Source: Candidatus Bathyarchaeota archaeon
GTDB lineage: Archaea; Thermoproteota; Bathyarchaeia; 40CM-2-53-6
Length of the DNA stretch: 64,000 nucleotides
NCBI GenBank assembly: GCA_963833125.1
Contig: CAWHWX010000019.1
Coordinates: 160,001 to 224,000, forward strand
Reading direction: 5' to 3'
Shown here piece after piece: positions 62,330 through 64,000 of the stretch. The first letter of the stretch is position 1, and every line of letters starts with the position of its first letter. Under the pieces are notes generated by a model. It was given only the letters and a program-made list of their open reading frames with translations. It was not told the DNA's origin and ran no database searches. The position numbers were made by a program, and so were the translations under genes.

Positions 62330-62610
62330 GCAGCGCCCTCCCTAGTTGTAACTCCGCATGTTGAAAAAGCTTCAGGCCAGATGAAGCCCCGAATGCATGG
62401 ATTCTCAACTTTGCAGATAGCCGTAATCTCGATTTTTAGAGCTGCCATTGCTCTTCGGGTTTAGACGGCTAAGATACTCGATATAGCGATAGACCAAGAT
62501 AAGGCCCAATTTATGCCCAAATATTATGGGGAATGGCCAGGGCTATTAGGAGACGTCAAACATCCTGACCCTCGATAGCAATTCACTTCTCTTGAGGAGG
62601 AAGGCGTAAT

Positions 62611-62931
62611 TTGTCAAGCGCGGTTAGGCGTCTTATTTGGTGGGTCTTCACCGGAAGTCGAGGAGGGCCAAACCGTGCTAGGTTAGTGGTAGCTGTCAAG
62701 GAAAAGCCCATGAATGCGAATCAAATCGCAACCCAACTCGGAATGGATTACAAAACGGCGAGGCACCACCTGCATGTACTCCTGAAGAATCATCTAATTG
62801 TCGAAGCAGGCGAAGGCTACGGCGCCATGTACTTCGTTTCACCTGAACTCGAACAGAATTACGATGAATTCCTTCGGATTTGGGCTAAAATTGGGGGAAC
62901 GCAGATAACTGGCCCAGGCGAAGAGCCGTGA
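62611..62931 (+). CDS. ArsR-like wHTH regulator
   Basis: GSRGG.NR, PMNANQIA..L..DYKT..HH. Confidence 0.85.
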   Translation: MSSAVRRLIWWVFTGSRGGPNRARLVVAVKEKPMNANQIATQLGMDYKTARHHLHVLLKNHLIVEAGEGYGAMYFVSPELEQNYDEFLRIWAKIGGTQITGPGEEP

Positions 62932-63017
62932 AAACATATGCGAACACTACCAATCCTTCTGCTTCGTAGCCATTTCAATACTGACCCCCCTGAGGGTATC
63001 TATCTGCTGAAAATGGG

Positions 63018-63314
63018 TTGAGTTGTTTGGAAGAAATTATGGCTCAAATCGTCGCTTTCTTCTCTTTCCTAAATGTGATACTTTTGATTGGGTTGATTTG
63101 GATCTACTTGAGCAGCTTTAGGAAAGTACGGGCACAATTCACATTGGGTTTAGTTTTCTTCGCGGCCCTATTCTTGGTTCAGAACCTGATTGCACTCTAC
63201 TCCTTCCTCACTATGTTCATGTACTACGCCGCAGGGGTTACTGGGATAGTGTTGGCGATAACGATGGTTCAAACGGCGGCACTGAGCATCATGCTTTGGA
63301 CGGGTCTACGTTAA
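63018..63314 (+). CDS. Small 3-TM membrane protein
   Basis: N..LL..L...Y, FTLGL..FA..F..QN. Confidence 0.75.
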   Translation: MSCLEEIMAQIVAFFSFLNVILLIGLIWIYLSSFRKVRAQFTLGLVFFAALFLVQNLIALYSFLTMFMYYAAGVTGIVLAITMVQTAALSIMLWTGLR

Positions 63315-63334
63315 GACATAGAAGAGGGAGAAGG

Positions 63335-63670
63335 TTGCGCCGAAAGCCGGCAGCGGGGCAAGGAAGTAAGAAACTTAGAGAATACCTACCAGGCACCTTC
63401 GACAAACGTGTAGCATATGGTCAGAGGGAACGTAAGCTCATACTTGTCGCTAGAGGTATTCTACACGGATTCAAGGTCAAGTGCGCCTCAGAGAAGGCCG
63501 CAAGCAACCTGGCATTCAGCCTGAGAATTCGAGCCGCACGGCTTGCATCAAGCGAGAACTATGGCTTTGCGCCAAAGGTGAAGGTTGAGGGAGTGAAGGT
63601 AAAGGTGGTGGGCGTGCCCAAGCGTGGTTCACCCGTAAGACTCATCGCAGCGGAAGATTCGGCAATTTGA
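63335..63670 (+). CDS. Basic hypothetical protein
   Basis: TTG after GAGGGAG; Lys/Arg-rich. Confidence 0.5.
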   Translation: MRRKPAAGQGSKKLREYLPGTFDKRVAYGQRERKLILVARGILHGFKVKCASEKAASNLAFSLRIRAARLASSENYGFAPKVKVEGVKVKVVGVPKRGSPVRLIAAEDSAI

Positions 63671-63729
63671 TCCTCCCCTCTTACAGGAAGACTTAGTAGC
63701 CATTTCAACATTGGAAAATATGTCTACAC

Positions 63730-64000
63730 ATGAAATTCGGCGTTTGCATACCTAACTACGGTGAAACGCTCTCAGTTGACTCGATGCGAACAGTAGCAGT
63801 TGAAGCGGAGAAGATGGGTTACGAATCGATTTGGACAACCGACCATCTCCTCATGCCCCTCAAGAGTGGCACGCCATATGAAAAAATCTTGGAAAGCATA
63901 ACCTCCCTGGCGTACCTAGCGGCACATACGACGACGGTGAAGCTTGGCATCTCCTCACTTATCCTGGCGATGAGAAATCCAGTCGTCGCCCTCAAACAAC
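63730..64000 (+). CDS. LLM-class (luciferase-like) oxidoreductase, 5' part
   Basis: MKFGVCIPNYG...AE.MGYESIW.TDH...LAYLAA.T..VKLG...RNP; runs off the window. Confidence 0.88.
   Translation, partial: MKFGVCIPNYGETLSVDSMRTVAVEAEKMGYESIWTTDHLLMPLKSGTPYEKILESITSLAYLAAHTTTVKLGISSLILAMRNPVVALKQ

Noticed and set aside
1-64000. tRNA, rRNA, SRP or RNase P RNA genes
   Set aside because: None recognised by eye in the intergenic gaps; tRNAscan-SE and Infernal would be needed to exclude them

Overview
Archaeal chromosomal window, most likely TACK/Bathyarchaeia-like (inferred from the gene set and frequent TTG starts). It is dense in housekeeping genes: thermosome, radA, nucS, Sm protein, elp3, gatDE, glmS, purA, pyrG, asnS, FTCD/folD, argF, DNA ligase, TFE-beta, rlmE, trm1, rnhB, fibrillarin and nop5. 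About ten conserved genes are split by small indels, most likely long-read consensus errors. I recognised no rRNA, tRNA or CRISPR array. Highlights not given by the ORF track: (1) two inverted copies of a ~186-bp MITE 38 kb apart, with 14-bp TIRs and 8-bp target duplications, one inserted at the gatE stop codon; (2) a coupled oversized NurA-like nuclease and HerA ATPase with no mre11/rad50 in the window, next to an internally deleted marC; (3) an EMC6/OPTI (Rab5ip)-like 3-TM protein; (4) an unannotated Tyr/Trp-rich micro-ORF and several Cys-rich micro-ORFs; (5) a FolD with Gln at the cyclohydrolase Lys position, divergent from a fused FTCD; (6) a wHTH regulator with matching CCCAA-N6-CCCAA boxes upstream of and inside its own gene. 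All assignments come from motifs read by eye; no database search was run.
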